NCBI GenBank assembly: GCA_963706575.1
Contig: CAVPNL010000001.1
Coordinates: forward strand, 64,001-128,000
DNA: 64,000 nt
Reading direction: 5' to 3'
Source of the DNA: an uncultured delta proteobacterium
GTDB taxonomy: Bacteria; Desulfobacterota; Desulfobacteria; Desulfobacterales; JAHEIW01
In this document: piece after piece, positions 14,243 through 26,639 of the stretch
How positions within the stretch are numbered: the stretch's first letter is position 1
How the letters are laid out: every line of letters begins with the position of its first letter
Position numbers and translations under genes: made by a program
The notes under the pieces: model-generated
The model's database searches: none
Told to the model about the DNA's origin: nothing
The model's input: the letters and a program-made list of their open reading frames with translations, nothing else

Positions 14243-14887
14243 ATGTGCAAAGGATTGATGGGAAAAAAACTGGGAATGACCGGGCTGTTTTTGCCCGATG
14301 GTCAGTATGTTCCGGTCACCGTTATTGAAGCCGGCCCGTGTGTGGTTACCCAGATAAAAACTGCTGAAACGGACGGTTATAACGCCCTCCAACTGGGGTT
14401 TGGCAAGAAAAAGGAATCCCGCGTAAATAAACCGCTAAAAGGGCATTTTCTCAAAAGCGATTCCGGGGCTTTTGATTATATCAAAGAATTTGCGGTTGGC
14501 GACCCGGGCGCATACAGCCTGGGACAGCAAATTACGCTTGAAATGTTTAAAGTCGGAGAACGGGTAGATGTCGTCGGAACAACGAAAGGACGTGGTTTTG
14601 CGGGTGTAATCAAACGTCATGGGTTTCATGGTGGACGCAAAACGCATGGAAGTCACAGCCACCGCATACCCGGATCCGTCGGATGCAGTGCGTCTCCGGC
14701 AAAAATCGATAAAGGAAAAAAGATGCCGGGCCGCTATGGCAATGACCGTCAAACCATGCGGAATCTGGAAGTTGTCGATATCCGATCCGAAGATAACATC
14801 ATTTTGATCAAAGGTGCGGTACCGGGTTCAAAATCTGCGCTGGTTACGATCAATAAGCTTAGATTTAGTAAGGACGAAGCTTCATAA
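14243..14887 (+). CDS. rplC: 50S ribosomal protein L3
   Basis: GKKLGMT...KGRGFAGVIKRH. Confidence 0.98.
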   Translation: MCKGLMGKKLGMTGLFLPDGQYVPVTVIEAGPCVVTQIKTAETDGYNALQLGFGKKKESRVNKPLKGHFLKSDSGAFDYIKEFAVGDPGAYSLGQQITLEMFKVGERVDVVGTTKGRGFAGVIKRHGFHGGRKTHGSHSHRIPGSVGCSASPAKIDKGKKMPGRYGNDRQTMRNLEVVDIRSEDNIILIKGAVPGSKSALVTINKLRFSKDEAS

Positions 14888-14957
14888 ATTTACTTTTATA
14901 GTGCGGAATTGCGATTCAAAAATAATTTTGCCGCGATTCCCGCAAATGAGAAATGCT

Positions 14958-15581
14958 ATGCCGGTTATCGATGTTCAAAATACCAAAGGGAAAAAAGTTA
15001 CAACGGTCGATTTGGCCGAAAACATCTTCAATGTACCCGTCAAGCCCAGTGTGCTGCATGAGGTTGTCACTATGCAATTGGCCAATCGACGGGCTGCCAC
15101 CGCTACGGTGAAGCATCGCGGTGATGTGAAGGGCAGCACTCGTAAATTGTTTCGCCAAAAGGGCACGGGCAGGGCCCGGCGCGGGGATATTAAGTCGCCG
15201 CTGCTGAGGGGTGGCGGCGTTGTGTTTGGCCCCGATGGGCGGACCTACGCTTTCCGAGCGCCCAAAAAAGTTCGCAAGCTGGCGCTGAAGATGGCGTTAA
15301 GCAGCAAGCTGCAAGCCAAGGAAATCGTTGTGGTCGACAAATTTGAGCTCGAGCAGATTAAGACCAAAGATTTTGTTGATATTTTAAAAAACCTGAAGCA
15401 GACCAACACGCTTATTATCACCGATGTAAAAAATGAAAATCTGGAACGCTCATCAAGAAACGTACCCGATGTGAAGGTGCTTCGCCACGAAGGCTTGAAT
15501 GTTTACGATATCCTCAAATACAAGACGTTAATATTGCTGGAGCCGGCAATAAAGCGTATTGAGGGGAGGCTGGCCGCATGA
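14958..15581 (+). CDS. rplD: 50S ribosomal protein L4
   Basis: [11 protein letters not shown]...GGGVVFGP. Confidence 0.98.
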   Translation: MPVIDVQNTKGKKVTTVDLAENIFNVPVKPSVLHEVVTMQLANRRAATATVKHRGDVKGSTRKLFRQKGTGRARRGDIKSPLLRGGGVVFGPDGRTYAFRAPKKVRKLALKMALSSKLQAKEIVVVDKFELEQIKTKDFVDILKNLKQTNTLIITDVKNENLERSSRNVPDVKVLRHEGLNVYDILKYKTLILLEPAIKRIEGRLAA

Positions 15582-15865
15582 TGCCATATGAGATAATCAA
15601 ACGACCATTGATCACTGAAAAAACAAGCATTCAAAAAGAGATTGCCAACCAGCTGACCTTTGAAGTCGACCGGCGCGCAAATCGCATCGAAATAAAGCAG
15701 GCGATCGAAACCGCTTTTAAAGTCAAGGTGGCCAAGATTCAAACCATGCAGGTCAGGGGTAAGGTTAAGCGCAGAGGGCGATTCGTCGGCAAGCGCCGGG
15801 ATTGGAAAAAAGCAATTGTTACCTTGATGCCCGGAGAACGCATCGAGTTCTTTGAAGGAGCTTAG
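15578..15865 (+). CDS. rplW: 50S ribosomal protein L23
   Basis: PLITEK...WKKAIVTL. Confidence 0.98.
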   Translation: MMPYEIIKRPLITEKTSIQKEIANQLTFEVDRRANRIEIKQAIETAFKVKVAKIQTMQVRGKVKRRGRFVGKRRDWKKAIVTLMPGERIEFFEGA

Positions 15866-15887
15866 AAGCAACTTCTCTTAGGAGTAC

Positions 15888-16712
15888 ATGATGATTAACA
15901 AAAAGGTTAAACCGACTTCGCCAGGGAGGCGCTTTCAGACGTTTTCGTCATTTGAAGAGATCACCCGGACCACTCCGGAGAAACGGCTGCTCAAAGCGCT
16001 TAAAAAAACCGGCGGGCGAAATGCCCACGGGCGCATTACCCTCCGGCATCGGGGCGGCGGCCAAAAACGGCACTATCGGATCATCGACTTTAAGCGCGAT
16101 AAAACCGGTATTCCGGCCAAAGTGGCTGCCATTGAATATGATCCGAATCGTTCATCTCGGATTGCACTTTTACATTACGCTGATGGAGAAAAGCGTTACA
16201 TTTTGGCACCGGTTGGGCTTAAAGTCGCTGATATCGTAGAATCCGGACCTGATGCGGATATTAAACCCGGTAATAATTTGCCGTTGAGCAATATTCCGCT
16301 GGGCACACATATTCATAATATTGAATTACGCTTGGGCAAGGGTGGGCAGATTGTTCGCAGTGCCGGCACTTATGCCCAGTTGATGGCAAAAGAGGACGCC
16401 TACGCGCTGATTAAACTGCCTTCGGGCGAGGTGCGCATGGTGCTTTTAAAGTGCAAAGCCACGATCGGACAAATCGGAAATGTGGGCCATGAAAATAAAT
16501 CCCTGGGCAAAGCCGGCCGCAAACGCTGGCTCGGGCGTCGCCCAAAAGTTCGGGGAGTCGCCATGAATCCGGTTGACCATCCGATGGGAGGCGGTGAAGG
16601 AAGGTCTTCGGGCGGCCGGCATCCCTGCAGCCCATGGGGCTGGCCTACCAAAGGCTTCAAGACCCGGCCCAAGCGGAAAAGCAACCGCCTGATTGTAAAA
16701 AAACGCAAGTAA
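15888..16712 (+). CDS. rplB: 50S ribosomal protein L2
   Basis: IEYDPNRS...[17 protein letters not shown]. Confidence 0.99.
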   Translation: MMINKKVKPTSPGRRFQTFSSFEEITRTTPEKRLLKALKKTGGRNAHGRITLRHRGGGQKRHYRIIDFKRDKTGIPAKVAAIEYDPNRSSRIALLHYADGEKRYILAPVGLKVADIVESGPDADIKPGNNLPLSNIPLGTHIHNIELRLGKGGQIVRSAGTYAQLMAKEDAYALIKLPSGEVRMVLLKCKATIGQIGNVGHENKSLGKAGRKRWLGRRPKVRGVAMNPVDHPMGGGEGRSSGGRHPCSPWGWPTKGFKTRPKRKSNRLIVKKRK

Positions 16713-16824
16713 GAATTGTTAATCGTTATTTGTTATGAGTTATTTGTTTCCTGCCGATTTTATGAGCACTGCAAATATTTAATAACGAATAACCATTAAC
16801 GAATAACTAATTTTTGGAGATTTT

Positions 16825-17103
16825 ATGCCACGTTCGCTGAAAAAAGGTCCTTATATTGAAGAAAGACTGCTTAAAAAAGTCGAGGAAGCCCAGGCATCCC
16901 GCAGCAGCCAGGTTATTAAGACCTGGTCGCGACGGTCGACCGTCGTTCCGGAGATGGTTGGTATAACATTGGCGGTCCATAACGGCCGAAAATTTATACC
17001 GGTGTTTGTTTCCGAAAACATGGTCGGTCATAAACTGGGGGAATTCTCACCCACACGGACTTTTTATGGGCATTCCGGAGATCGGAGATCACGCTTAAAA
17101 TAA
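16825..17103 (+). CDS. rpsS: 30S ribosomal protein S19
   Basis: MPRSLKKGP...[11 protein letters not shown]. Confidence 0.99.
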   Translation: MPRSLKKGPYIEERLLKKVEEAQASRSSQVIKTWSRRSTVVPEMVGITLAVHNGRKFIPVFVSENMVGHKLGEFSPTRTFYGHSGDRRSRLK

Positions 17104-17250
17104 GGGCGAATTGGGTTAAAACTCAATTGGAGTCATTCGTTATCCGTTATTAGTTAATAGTTTAAAAGGAATAACGGCGGGTTCTTACAGATACGACAAC
17201 TTCAAAGGCCAATAACGAATAACCAATAACAATTAACAAGGTTTAGATCG

Positions 17251-17592
17251 ATGGAAGTTAAAGCGTCTGCAAAGTATATGCGAATTTCGCCCCGCAAAGT
17301 CCACAAATTGGTTGGGGCGGTCAAGGGCAAGCCGGTTGAAATTGCCCTGAATACACTTAAATTCATGCCACAGAAGGCAGCTGGAATTTTGGAAAAAGTA
17401 ATCCGTTCAGCAGTCGCCAATGCGGATCAAAATTCTGAAGTCGATATCGATCTGTTGGTTGTACGCAATGTGGTTGCAGATCAGGGTCCCACGCTGAAAC
17501 GATGGCGGGCCAGGGCGCGGGGCCGGGCAAGCCGAATTTTAAAGCGAACCAGTCATATTACTGTCATTTTGGACGAAGAATCTTCTGCTTAG
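17251..17592 (+). CDS. rplV: 50S ribosomal protein L22
   Basis: RISPRK...RARGRA...TSHITV. Confidence 0.98.
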   Translation: MEVKASAKYMRISPRKVHKLVGAVKGKPVEIALNTLKFMPQKAAGILEKVIRSAVANADQNSEVDIDLLVVRNVVADQGPTLKRWRARARGRASRILKRTSHITVILDEESSA

Positions 17593-17616
17593 CGTTTAAC
17601 ATAAGGAGGTAAAAGT

Positions 17617-18270
17617 TTGGGCCAGAAAGTAAATCCAATTGGATTGAGATTGGGAATTGTCAAAACGTGGGAATCCCGCTGGTACGGTGGTAAGAATTAC
17701 GCCGAATATATACTGGAAGACCACAAATTGAGGAAGTTCATTAAAGAAAAACTCTACCATGCGGGCGTGTCGCGAATTGAAATTGAACGCTCTTCCAAGC
17801 GAGTGCGTTTGCGGATTTATACCTCCAGGCCCGGGATTGTTATCGGTAAAAAAGGCTCCGAGATATCCCAGCTCAAAAAAGACATCGAAAAGATGACGGA
17901 TCGTGAAATTCTAATCGATATCCAGGAAGTCCGTAAGCCGGAGATCGATGCACAACTGGTTGCTGAAAATGTAGCGCTGCAGATTGAAAGACGCGTAGCG
18001 TTTCGCCGCGCGATGAAGCGCGGCGTTTCCTCTGCCATGCGCTTTGGTGCCCTGGGTGTGAAAATCATCTGCGCCGGCCGTCTGGGAGGCGCTGAGATGG
18101 CCCGAACTGAATGGTATCGCGAAGGTCGGGTGCCCTTGCATACCCTCAGGGCCGATATTGATTACGGATTTATCGAAGCGCGCACCACCTATGGTGCTAT
18201 TGGCGTTAAAGTTTTTATTTTCAAAGGAGAGATTTTGAAAAAGGATGAAGTGCAGTTTGGTCAGGCTTAA
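17617..18270 (+). CDS. rpsC: 30S ribosomal protein S3
   Basis: [12 protein letters not shown]...[17 protein letters not shown] start after AGGAGG. Confidence 0.99.
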   Translation: MGQKVNPIGLRLGIVKTWESRWYGGKNYAEYILEDHKLRKFIKEKLYHAGVSRIEIERSSKRVRLRIYTSRPGIVIGKKGSEISQLKKDIEKMTDREILIDIQEVRKPEIDAQLVAENVALQIERRVAFRRAMKRGVSSAMRFGALGVKIICAGRLGGAEMARTEWYREGRVPLHTLRADIDYGFIEARTTYGAIGVKVFIFKGEILKKDEVQFGQA

Positions 18271-18387
18271 TCCTCAATGCACTTTCAACCCTTTTTTAGG
18301 CAGTTAGATTTAAAAGCAAACCACAATTGTTGCGGGTTGCGAGCGAAAAAACGCGAAACTCGGAACGCGTAACAGGAGTCGTTGAAA

Positions 18388-18801
18388 ATGTTAAGTCCGA
18401 AAAAGGTAAAGTATCGCAAACAGCAAAAAGGCAAAATGAGGGGTATTGCGCGTCGTGGATGCCATCTGAATTTTGGAGAATTTGGATTACAGGCCATCGG
18501 GTGCGGCAGCGTTAGTGCCAAACAAATCGAGGCAGCGCGCATCGCTATGACCCGTCACATCAAGAGAGGCGGACGAATCTGGATTCGTATTTTTCCGGAC
18601 AAACCCTTTACTAAAAAACCGGCCGAAGTTCGAATGGGAAAGGGCAAAGGTGCTCCGGAAGGTTGGGTGGCGGTTATTCGCCCTGGCAGAATCCTGTATG
18701 AAATGCAGGGCGTCAGCAAAGAGGTGGCTAAAGAAGCATTTCGTCTGGCAGCGCATAAGCTTTCAGTTAAAACACGATTTGTTGAGAGGGGTGAGGCCTG
18801 A
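18388..18801 (+). CDS. rplP: 50S ribosomal protein L16
   Basis: [11 protein letters not shown]...RMGKGKG. Confidence 0.98.
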   Translation: MLSPKKVKYRKQQKGKMRGIARRGCHLNFGEFGLQAIGCGSVSAKQIEAARIAMTRHIKRGGRIWIRIFPDKPFTKKPAEVRMGKGKGAPEGWVAVIRPGRILYEMQGVSKEVAKEAFRLAAHKLSVKTRFVERGEA

Positions 18802-19010
18802 TGAAAGCCAGCGAAATTAGGGAAATGACCGTCGATGAAATGGAGCAGAAGCTCAGCGATCTCAAGGAACAATTATTTAATTTGAGCTTTCAGCATGAAA
18901 TCGGCCAGCTTGAAAATCCCCAACGGATGAAAGAGACAAAAAAGGATATTGCCCGGATAAAAACCATTATTCGTGAAGTTGAAGTGAAAAACAGAACTGC
19001 TGAAGAATAA
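18801..19010 (+). CDS. rpmC: 50S ribosomal protein L29
   Basis: MKASEIRE...KKDIARIKT. Confidence 0.97.
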   Translation: MKASEIREMTVDEMEQKLSDLKEQLFNLSFQHEIGQLENPQRMKETKKDIARIKTIIREVEVKNRTAEE

Positions 19011-19018
19011 TTGATGTC

Positions 19019-19276
19019 ATGAAAAAACGAGAAATGAAAAGACAATTGGTAGGAACCGTCGTCAGTAACAAGATGGACAAAACGGTGGTAGTCGCCGTCG
19101 AGCGGCTGGTTAAGCACAAATTTTACCACAAGTATATCCGGCGTCGGACCAAGTTTGCAGCCCATGATCAAGGCAATGTGTGTCAGATTGGCGACCAGGT
19201 GATGCTTTCCGAGTCCCGGCCGCTTAGCCGGTCAAAAAGATGGCGCGTCAGCAAAATTGTCAAAAAAGCCGTTTAA
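19019..19276 (+). CDS. rpsQ: 30S ribosomal protein S17
   Basis: GTVVSNKMDKTVVV...ESRPLSRSKRW. Confidence 0.98.
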   Translation: MKKREMKRQLVGTVVSNKMDKTVVVAVERLVKHKFYHKYIRRRTKFAAHDQGNVCQIGDQVMLSESRPLSRSKRWRVSKIVKKAV

Positions 19277-19294
19277 TTTCAAGGGAACGAAAAC

Positions 19295-19663
19295 ATGATC
19301 CAGTCAGAGACGAGGCTAACCGTAGCCGATAATTCAGGGGCCAAGGTATTGTACTGCATCAAAGTTCTGGGAGGCTCCCGCAGAAGATATGCCAGTGTCG
19401 GTGATATTATCGTGGTGGCAGTTAAAGAAGCCTTACCGAATGCCAAGGTCAAAAAAGGCGACGTGTTGAAAGCGGTTGTGGTTCGAACCAAGAAAGAGAT
19501 TCGCCGGCCGGACGGTTCTTACATCCGATTTGATGATAATTCGGCCGTTCTGGTTAACGCATCGCGCGAACCGATCGGAACTCGAATTTTCGGTCCTGTA
19601 GCCAGGGAATTGCGAGCGAAACGGTTTATGAAAATTATTTCATTGGCACCCGAAGTTTTATAG
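19295..19663 (+). CDS. rplN: 50S ribosomal protein L14
   Basis: VADNSGAK...[12 protein letters not shown]. Confidence 0.99.
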   Translation: MIQSETRLTVADNSGAKVLYCIKVLGGSRRRYASVGDIIVVAVKEALPNAKVKKGDVLKAVVVRTKKEIRRPDGSYIRFDDNSAVLVNASREPIGTRIFGPVARELRAKRFMKIISLAPEVL

Positions 19664-19827
19664 TTATTAGTTATTCGTTATTAGTCATTTGTTCATTGCT
19701 CGTCTTGTTTTTATGTTATCTGGAAGAAACACATTGCCCTTTAAGCGGCAAAAAGACATCAACGCTGAATATTTCCATTCTAATAACGAATAACAATTAA
19801 CGAATAACGAATACAGGGAAATCGAAA

Positions 19828-20157
19828 ATGGCTCAAGCCAAGATACAGATAAAAAAAGACGATAAGGTCAAGGTTGTCGCCGGTAAGGACAAAGGCAAAA
19901 TAGGCAAAGTCCTAAAAGTTGACCGTAAAAAGAATCGATTGCTCATCGAAAAGATCAATCTGATCAAACATCATACGAAGCCCAGTGCAAAAAACAGGCA
20001 GGGAGGCATTGTGGAGGGTGAGGCGCCGGTAACCGTCTCCAACGTGATGATTATGTGCAACAAGTGCGTAAATCCCACCCGAATTAAAATGCAGCGCCTG
20101 GAAGATGGAAAAAAAGTACGTCTTTGCGTTAAGTGCGGCGAAGCAATAGATACTTAG
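19828..20157 (+). CDS. rplX: 50S ribosomal protein L24
   Basis: [19 protein letters not shown]. Confidence 0.98.
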   Translation: MAQAKIQIKKDDKVKVVAGKDKGKIGKVLKVDRKKNRLLIEKINLIKHHTKPSAKNRQGGIVEGEAPVTVSNVMIMCNKCVNPTRIKMQRLEDGKKVRLCVKCGEAIDT

Positions 20158-20179
20158 GCCAGACCGGCGGAGGAAGGCG

Positions 20180-20719
20180 ATGTCACAGTTAAAAAATATC
20201 TATGAAAAAGAAGTTGTGCCCAAGCTCATGGAAACCTTCAAGTACAAAAACATCATGCAGGTTCCTGCTTTGGATAAAATTATTCTCAATATGGGCCTGG
20301 GCGAAGCCATCCAAAATATAAAGGTTCTGGATTCCGCGGCAGAAGAGCTTAAGGCGATTGCCGGGCAAAAGCCGGTGATCACCCGCGCCAAAAAATCTAT
20401 TGCTGCCTTTAAACTTAGAGAGGGCATGCCGATCGGATGTATGGTTACACTGCGGCGCCAGCGGATGTATGATTTTTATTCCAAGCTGGTCAATATTGCA
20501 CTGGCCCGTGTCAGAGATTTTAGAGGCGTTAGCAAAAAAGCGTTTGACGGCCGGGGCAATTACTCTTTGGGGATAAAAGAGCATATTATTTTCCCGGAGA
20601 TAGATTATGACAAAATTGACAAAATTAAGGGTCTTAACATTAGCATCGTAACGACAGCCCGGACAGACGAAGAAGGAAGGCAGTTGTTGAGTCTGATGGG
20701 TATGCCGTTTAAAAATTAG
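20180..20719 (+). CDS. rplE: 50S ribosomal protein L5
   Basis: [21 protein letters not shown]...FDGRGNY. Confidence 0.99.
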   Translation: MSQLKNIYEKEVVPKLMETFKYKNIMQVPALDKIILNMGLGEAIQNIKVLDSAAEELKAIAGQKPVITRAKKSIAAFKLREGMPIGCMVTLRRQRMYDFYSKLVNIALARVRDFRGVSKKAFDGRGNYSLGIKEHIIFPEIDYDKIDKIKGLNISIVTTARTDEEGRQLLSLMGMPFKN

Positions 20720-20729
20720 GGAGGGAGAT

Positions 20730-20915
20730 TTGGCAAAAAAATCGCTCAGAATCAAAGCAATGCGAAAGCCCAAATTCAAGGTGCGACAATATAATCGGTG
20801 TCCGGTCTGTGGGCGGCCCAGAGCATATCTAAGAAAGTTTGGGCTTTGCCGTATTTGTTTTCGGGTATTTGCATCCGAGGGGAAATTGCCCGGAGTTGTC
20901 AAATCGAGTTGGTAG
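20730..20915 (+). CDS. rpsN: 30S ribosomal protein S14, zinc-binding type Z
   Basis: 61 aa with CPVC...CRIC; TTG start. Confidence 0.97.
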   Translation: MAKKSLRIKAMRKPKFKVRQYNRCPVCGRPRAYLRKFGLCRICFRVFASEGKLPGVVKSSW

Positions 20916-21091
20916 CTGGTCGCTGGCATCTGGTTGTTGGTTATTTGTAAGATAAAAAATTGAGCTGATTTATCGCATCGTATCATTGAGATAATCAGTT
21001 ATAAGAAGCCAAAATCGGTTACCAGATACAAGAGGCCAGGAACAAGAAGCAAGCAACAAGATACAAGATAACAAGATAACAGGAGAAAATA

Positions 21092-21490
21092 ATGGCGGTA
21101 AGTGATCCAATAGCCGACATGTTGACCCGCATTCGAAATGGTGCCAAAGCCAGGTTTAACAGTGTTGATGTGCCGGGGTCAAAACTTAAAACCGAGATCG
21201 CCAAGATCTTAAAGAGTGAAGGTTTTATAAAAAATTACAAGTTCCTTAAAGATGGCAAACAGGGTATCTTAAGGATTTACCTCAAGTACGGTCCTGGCCA
21301 GTCTGCCGTGGTTTATGGCCTTAAACGCATCAGCAAACCCAGTTGTCGCGTTTACGTAAAAGGCAATGATATCAAACCCATTTTTAATGGTATGGGAATT
21401 TCAATCTTATCCACATCCAGGGGCCTTATGACAGATAAAAGAGCTCGGAAGGAAAATGTCGGAGGCGAGATCCTCTGCAATGTATGGTAG
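21092..21490 (+). CDS. rpsH: 30S ribosomal protein S8
   Basis: DPIADMLTRIRN...GGEILC. Confidence 0.99.
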   Translation: MAVSDPIADMLTRIRNGAKARFNSVDVPGSKLKTEIAKILKSEGFIKNYKFLKDGKQGILRIYLKYGPGQSAVVYGLKRISKPSCRVYVKGNDIKPIFNGMGISILSTSRGLMTDKRARKENVGGEILCNVW

Positions 21491-21581
21491 CTTTTTTAGT
21501 AAGCAGTAGGCAGCAGGTCAAGAAGTATGGGCATTCAGCCAAATATTAACTGCTTACTGCATGCTAATATGGGAGTAATAC

Positions 21582-22127
21582 ATGTCTCGAGTAGGAAAAA
21601 AACCGGTTCTGATTCCGGAAAAGACCAAAGTGTCGTTTGAAAACAGGGTGGTAACCGTTCAAGGCGAGAAGGGTACCCTCACGCAAGCGATTCATCCCGC
21701 TGTGGATTTAAAAATAGAAAACGGTGTCTTAAACGTGATGCCGTTCGAAGACAAACGGACGAGCCGGGCGATGCAGGGACTGATGAGAAGCTTAGTGGCC
21801 AATATGATTACCGGTGTCAACCAGGGCTTTGAACGCACACTGGTTATCGAAGGGATTGGCTACCGCGCCGAAACCAAAGGAAACGCCATTGTACTAAATG
21901 TGGGGTATTCAAATCCGGTTCAGTTCAATCTGCCGGAGGGTATCAGTGCGTCGGTTGATCGCAATACCATTATCAAATTATCCTGCATCGATAAGGAAAA
22001 ACTGGGTCGGACCGCTGCGGCGATCCGGAAAATACGGCCTCCGGAACCTTATAAAGGCAAGGGGATAAAATACGCTGAAGAACGAATTCGCAGAAAGGCC
22101 GGTAAAGCAGGAGTTACGGCGGCATAG
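21582..22127 (+). CDS. rplF: 50S ribosomal protein L6
   Basis: MSRVGKKP...RPPEPYKGKG. Confidence 0.99.
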   Translation: MSRVGKKPVLIPEKTKVSFENRVVTVQGEKGTLTQAIHPAVDLKIENGVLNVMPFEDKRTSRAMQGLMRSLVANMITGVNQGFERTLVIEGIGYRAETKGNAIVLNVGYSNPVQFNLPEGISASVDRNTIIKLSCIDKEKLGRTAAAIRKIRPPEPYKGKGIKYAEERIRRKAGKAGVTAA

Positions 22128-22167
22128 CAGAGAATTTATTTAAACAGTCAAAAACGGGCATGAGGAA

Positions 22168-22536
22168 ATGGGAACGCTTAATTTAAGAACACAGGCACGG
22201 TTAAAACGTAAAAAAAGAATTCGTAAAAAACTGGTTGGTACCGCGAACCGGCCAAGGCTCTGTGTGTTTAGAAGTGCCAAACACATCTATGCACAGTTGG
22301 TTGACGATTCTCTGGGCCAAACACTTGCTGCAGCGTCGAGCATGGAAAAGGCCGTGCGGGAAGTTCCGGAAACAAAGAACAAGGTCACTGCGGCCAATAC
22401 GGTGGGTAAAATCATTGGCCAACGCGCTCTGGAAAAAGGCGTCAAACAGGTCGTATTTGACCGTAGTGGATTTCTGTATCACGGCAGGGTAAAGGCCGTT
22501 TCTGAAGGTGCCCGTGAGGCCGGCTTAAAATTTTAA
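22168..22536 (+). CDS. rplR: 50S ribosomal protein L18
   Basis: RPRLCVFRS...[12 protein letters not shown]. Confidence 0.98.
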   Translation: MGTLNLRTQARLKRKKRIRKKLVGTANRPRLCVFRSAKHIYAQLVDDSLGQTLAAASSMEKAVREVPETKNKVTAANTVGKIIGQRALEKGVKQVVFDRSGFLYHGRVKAVSEGAREAGLKF

Positions 22537-22675
22537 AATTCATTAATTGAAATTGAGCTTAGATGAAAAGGAGAAATTCTCTCGCCAAGGCGCAAAGATT
22601 TTTTATTATATCGAAAATAGATTTTTTCTTTGCGAGCTTTGCGGCTTTGCGTGCGAATGATAAGGAGGCAGGCTC

Positions 22676-23170
22676 TTGTTCAAACCAGAAATAGAGGAAA
22701 CTCAGTTAATTGACAAAGTGGTCCACATCAATCGAGTGGCCAAAGTGGTCAAAGGCGGCCGCCGCTTTAGTTTCAGCGCGATTGTTGTTGTCGGCGACGG
22801 TCAGGGATCGGTTGGATACGGTCTCGGCAAAGCTGGAGAAGTTCCCGAGGCCATTCGCAAAGGTGTCGAAAAAGCCAAAAAGAGTATGATCGCGGTCCCC
22901 TTGCAGGAAGGCACGATTCCCTATGAAACCATCGGTCGATTTGGAGCCGGCAGGGTTCTGCTTAAACCGGCGGCAGAGGGTACCGGCGTCATCGCTGGCG
23001 GTGCGGTTCGGGCGGTTCTTGAAGCCGTTGGCGTGCAAAACATTTTAACCAAATGCCTGGGGTCACACAACCCCCACAATTTAGTGAAGGCAACGATCAG
23101 CGGCCTCGAACGACTTGAGAGCCCTGAAATGGTGGCGAATAGACGCGGAATTTCTGTGGAAGATCTGTAG
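22676..23170 (+). CDS. rpsE: 30S ribosomal protein S5
   Basis: [19 protein letters not shown] start. Confidence 0.98.
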   Translation: MFKPEIEETQLIDKVVHINRVAKVVKGGRRFSFSAIVVVGDGQGSVGYGLGKAGEVPEAIRKGVEKAKKSMIAVPLQEGTIPYETIGRFGAGRVLLKPAAEGTGVIAGGAVRAVLEAVGVQNILTKCLGSHNPHNLVKATISGLERLESPEMVANRRGISVEDL

Positions 23171-23228
23171 ATCCAGACCCTGAAGAATAAATGCAGCGAA
23201 GGAGCAGATCACAGAAAGGATGAGATAA

Positions 23229-23426
23229 ATGGCCGGAAGTGTAAAAGTAAAACTCATTCGAAGTATGATTGGCAGACCCGAAAAACATCGCAAGGTCTTG
23301 CGGGGGATGGGTCTAATCCGATTAAATAAAACGGTTGAGTTCAAAGATACCCCTGAAATCAGGGGGATGATTAATAAAGTATCCCATCTCGTTAGCACTG
23401 AGGAGAAGGTCGATGAAGCTTCATGA
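23229..23426 (+). CDS. rpmD: 50S ribosomal protein L30
   Basis: RSMIGR...[10 protein letters not shown]. Confidence 0.97.
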   Translation: MAGSVKVKLIRSMIGRPEKHRKVLRGMGLIRLNKTVEFKDTPEIRGMINKVSHLVSTEEKVDEAS

Positions 23427-23853
23427 ACTATCGCCGCCTGCAAACTCTCGCAAATCCGGTAATCGGCTGGGCCGTGGTGTTGGGTCCGGCTGGGGCAAGA
23501 CCGCCGGTCGGGGTAACAAAGGGTATAACAGCCGATCCGGTGGCGGTGTCAGACCCGGTTATGAAGGCGGGCAGATGCCAATTCAACGGCGCCTTCCCAA
23601 GCGCGGCTTTACCAATATTTTTAGAAAAAAAATTGCTGTCGTAAATCTAAGGGATTTACTCGCATTTGAAAGCGGCAGCCTAGTGGATGAAGCGGCGCTT
23701 GTGAAAGCAGGACTCGTTAAAGGCCAAAAAGACGGCATCAAATTACTGGGACACGGAAAAATCCAGGTTGCCCTCAATGTCAAAGTCAATCAGGTCAGCA
23801 AAAGTGCCCGGGAAAAGATTGAGGCCGCGGGCGGCAGCGTAGAGGTCGTATAA
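23413..23853 (+). CDS. rplO: 50S ribosomal protein L15
   Basis: GRGVGSG...EGGQMP...LPKRGF. Confidence 0.98.
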   Translation: MKLHELSPPANSRKSGNRLGRGVGSGWGKTAGRGNKGYNSRSGGGVRPGYEGGQMPIQRRLPKRGFTNIFRKKIAVVNLRDLLAFESGSLVDEAALVKAGLVKGQKDGIKLLGHGKIQVALNVKVNQVSKSAREKIEAAGGSVEVV

Positions 23854-25166
23854 TGATCGGTAGCGGGTTCCAAAATATCTTTAAAATACCCGAGCTAAAA
23901 AAGCGCATTCTGTTCACCCTGGGTTTACTCATCGTTTATCGGATAGGGGTCCATGTTCCGGTTCCGGGTATCGATTCCGGTGCACTGGCATCCTTTTTTG
24001 CCAGGGCGGAAGGCACCATATTCGGAATTTTTAATATGTTTTCAGGCGGCGCGCTGGAACGGCTGTCTGTTTTTGCTCTGGGGATCATGCCCTATATCAG
24101 TGCCTCAATTATTTTGCAGCTTTTAACTGTCGTCATACCGCATCTGGAACAGCTAAAAAAAGAAGGCGAGCAGGGGCGCAAAAAAATAACGCAGTATACC
24201 CGCTACGGCACCGTTTTTTTAAGTATTGTTCAAGGTTTTGGTATCAGTGTGGGTCTGGAAAGCATGAGCTCGCCCGGCGGGGCGCCGGTGGTCCTGATTC
24301 CGGGGTGGGCCTTCAGGCTGATGACGGTGATTACCTTAACGGCCGGTACGGCCTTTATCATGTGGCTCGGGGAGCAGATTACCGAACGCGGAATCGGCAA
24401 TGGTATTTCTTTGATCATTTTTGCCGGCATCGTTGCGCGGCTACCGACCGCCGGCGCCAATACATTTCGGTTGTTGTCAAGCGGAGAAATGGGGGTATTT
24501 ATTGCCCTGATTTTAATCATTTTTATGGTGCTGGTTGTTGGTTTCATTATTTTTGTCGAACAGGGGCAACGCCGCATACCGGTCCAATATGCCAAACGTG
24601 TGGTGGGGCGCAAAATGTATGGGGGGCAGAGCACCCATCTGCCGTTGAAAATCAATACGTCCGGTGTGATTCCACCGATTTTTGCTTCATCGATCATTAT
24701 GTTTCCGGCCACCATCGCCAATTTTATCAATATTCCCTGGATAAAATCGATTGGCGAAGCCATGCGGCCGGGTAATGTTGTTTATGAATTGCTGTTTGTG
24801 GGATTTATTTTCTTTTTCTGTTACTTTTATACGGCGGTCACCTTTAACCCGGTTGACGTGGCCGAAAACATGAAAAAACAGGGTGGTTACATTCCCGGCA
24901 TCCGGCCCGGCAAACGCACGGCCGATTATATTGATAAGGTGCTGACACGCATCACGCTGGGGGGCGCAATTTACGTTTCAATGGTTTGTGTCATGCCTTC
25001 TATTTTGATCACCCGGTTTAATGTTCCGTTTTATTTCGGCGGTACGGCATTGCTGATTGTCGTCGGTGTGGCGATTGATACGGTTGCGCAGATCGAGTCG
25101 CATATGCTGAGCCGCCACTATGAGGGGTTTCTAAAACAGGGCGGTGCGCGTTTAAAGGGCCGCTAA
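23853..25166 (+). CDS. secY: Preprotein translocase subunit SecY
   Basis: [27 protein letters not shown]; multiple TM segments. Confidence 0.99.
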   Translation: MIGSGFQNIFKIPELKKRILFTLGLLIVYRIGVHVPVPGIDSGALASFFARAEGTIFGIFNMFSGGALERLSVFALGIMPYISASIILQLLTVVIPHLEQLKKEGEQGRKKITQYTRYGTVFLSIVQGFGISVGLESMSSPGGAPVVLIPGWAFRLMTVITLTAGTAFIMWLGEQITERGIGNGISLIIFAGIVARLPTAGANTFRLLSSGEMGVFIALILIIFMVLVVGFIIFVEQGQRRIPVQYAKRVVGRKMYGGQSTHLPLKINTSGVIPPIFASSIIMFPATIANFINIPWIKSIGEAMRPGNVVYELLFVGFIFFFCYFYTAVTFNPVDVAENMKKQGGYIPGIRPGKRTADYIDKVLTRITLGGAIYVSMVCVMPSILITRFNVPFYFGGTALLIVVGVAIDTVAQIESHMLSRHYEGFLKQGGARLKGR

Positions 25167-25224
25167 TAGTCCCAAGCCCCACTAATGGTGTTGAAACGAT
25201 AAACCCGGTAAACAGGAGTTGCCT

Positions 25225-25443
25225 GTGGCCAAAGAAGAACCGATTGTTGTTGAGGGTGTTGTTCTGGAAACATTGCCCAACGCGATGTTCAAGGTTGAAT
25301 TGGAGAACAAACATCAGGTGCTTGCCCATATTTCGGGAAAAATGCGGATGCACTTTATTAAGATCCTTCCCGGAGATAAGGTCACGGTGGAGCTTTCTCC
25401 CTATGATCTGACTCGCGGTCGAATAACTTATCGATCGAAATAA
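25225..25443 (+). CDS. infA: Translation initiation factor IF-1
   Basis: AKEEPI...LPNAMF...HISGKMR...ELSPYDL; GTG start. Confidence 0.98.
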   Translation: MAKEEPIVVEGVVLETLPNAMFKVELENKHQVLAHISGKMRMHFIKILPGDKVTVELSPYDLTRGRITYRSK

Positions 25444-25557
25444 ACTGGGTATTCGGTATTGGGTATAGGGTATTGGTAAGGGTAGCAAGCAAATCGTGCT
25501 TTTTTTTACCAATACCGAATACCCAATACCCAGCACCTAATTTCAGGAGTATATTTT

Positions 25558-25671
25558 ATGAAAGTGCGCGCATCAGTAAAAAAAATTTGCCCCAAATGTA
25601 AAATCGTAAAACGTAAGGGCGTCGTTCGGGTAATCTGCGAAAATAAACGGCATAAACAGCGGCAGGGATAA
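25558..25671 (+). CDS. rpmJ: 50S ribosomal protein L36 (not in ORF track)
   Basis: [37 protein letters not shown]. Confidence 0.98.
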   Translation: MKVRASVKKICPKCKIVKRKGVVRVICENKRHKQRQG

Positions 25672-25684
25672 AGGAGGATTGACA

Positions 25685-26071
25685 TTGGCAAGGATTGCAG
25701 GGGTTGATCTACCCAGGAATAAGCGAATCGAAATCGGGCTGACCTATATTTATGGGATTGGCAGAACCTCGTCCAGGCGGATTTTGGAGAAGCTCGACAT
25801 CGATTTAGATTTGAAGACCGATCATCTGACGGAAGATCAGATCAGTAATATCCGCAAGGCAATCGACGATCAATATAAGGTGGAAGGCGAGCTGCGTACC
25901 GAGATCTCGATGAATATCAAACGCCTGATGGATTTTGGTTCTTATCGCGGACTGCGTCATCGCAAATCGCTGCCGGTGCGCGGCCAACGAACCAGCACCA
26001 ATGCCCGCACCCGGAAGGGGCCCAAACGAGCAGCCGTTAAGAAGAGAGGTGCTACCAAGCAGAAAAAGTAA
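25685..26071 (+). CDS. rpsM: 30S ribosomal protein S13
   Basis: ARIAGVDLP...[11 protein letters not shown] start 7 nt after AGGAGG. Confidence 0.98.
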   Translation: MARIAGVDLPRNKRIEIGLTYIYGIGRTSSRRILEKLDIDLDLKTDHLTEDQISNIRKAIDDQYKVEGELRTEISMNIKRLMDFGSYRGLRHRKSLPVRGQRTSTNARTRKGPKRAAVKKRGATKQKK

Positions 26072-26093
26072 ACGACTTAGGGTATAATTTGAT

Positions 26094-26133
26094 TAGAACC
26101 CATCTCAAAATTCTATTTTTGAGATGGCTTATA
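26094..26133. mobile_element. Collapsed MITE (terminal inverted repeats only) between rpsM and rpsK
   Basis: TAGAACCCATCTCAAAA...TTTTGAGATGGCTTATA, nearly the same ends as the elements at 35578 and 49312. Confidence 0.65.
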
Positions 26134-26153
26134 GATAAGACAGAGGCAAAACG

Positions 26154-26540
26154 ATGGCCAAAAAAATTCGTACCAAGAAAAAGAGCAAGAAAAACATTTC
26201 TAACGGCGTTGTTCATATTCAATCGACATTTAACAATACGATTGTGACCATAACCGATTCAGGAGGAAATGTCGTTTCCTGGTCCAGTGCCGGGGTGCAG
26301 GGGTTTAAGGGTTCTCGTAAAAGTACGCCTTTTTCAGCGCAGCTCGCAGCTGAAGACGCAGCCCGGAAGGCAATGGAACATGGGATGAGAACCGTAGAGG
26401 TTTATGTTAAGGGTCCCGGTCCTGGAAGAGAATCCGCATTACGCGCGCTGCAGGCCGCTGGATTCAACGTTGTAATGATTAAAGACGTGACACCCATTCC
26501 CCATAATGGGTGCCGACCACCCAAGAGAAGAAGAGTTTAA
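26154..26540 (+). CDS. rpsK: 30S ribosomal protein S11
   Basis: STFNNTIVT...[18 protein letters not shown]. Confidence 0.99.
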   Translation: MAKKIRTKKKSKKNISNGVVHIQSTFNNTIVTITDSGGNVVSWSSAGVQGFKGSRKSTPFSAQLAAEDAARKAMEHGMRTVEVYVKGPGPGRESALRALQAAGFNVVMIKDVTPIPHNGCRPPKRRRV

Positions 26541-26639
26541 TTTAGTTAATTCGTTGATATGTTAAATAGTCAAATAGTTTTAAATGATTTTATCTTCAGT
26601 TACGATTTAACCATTTAACGAAACAAAAGGGAGGATCTT

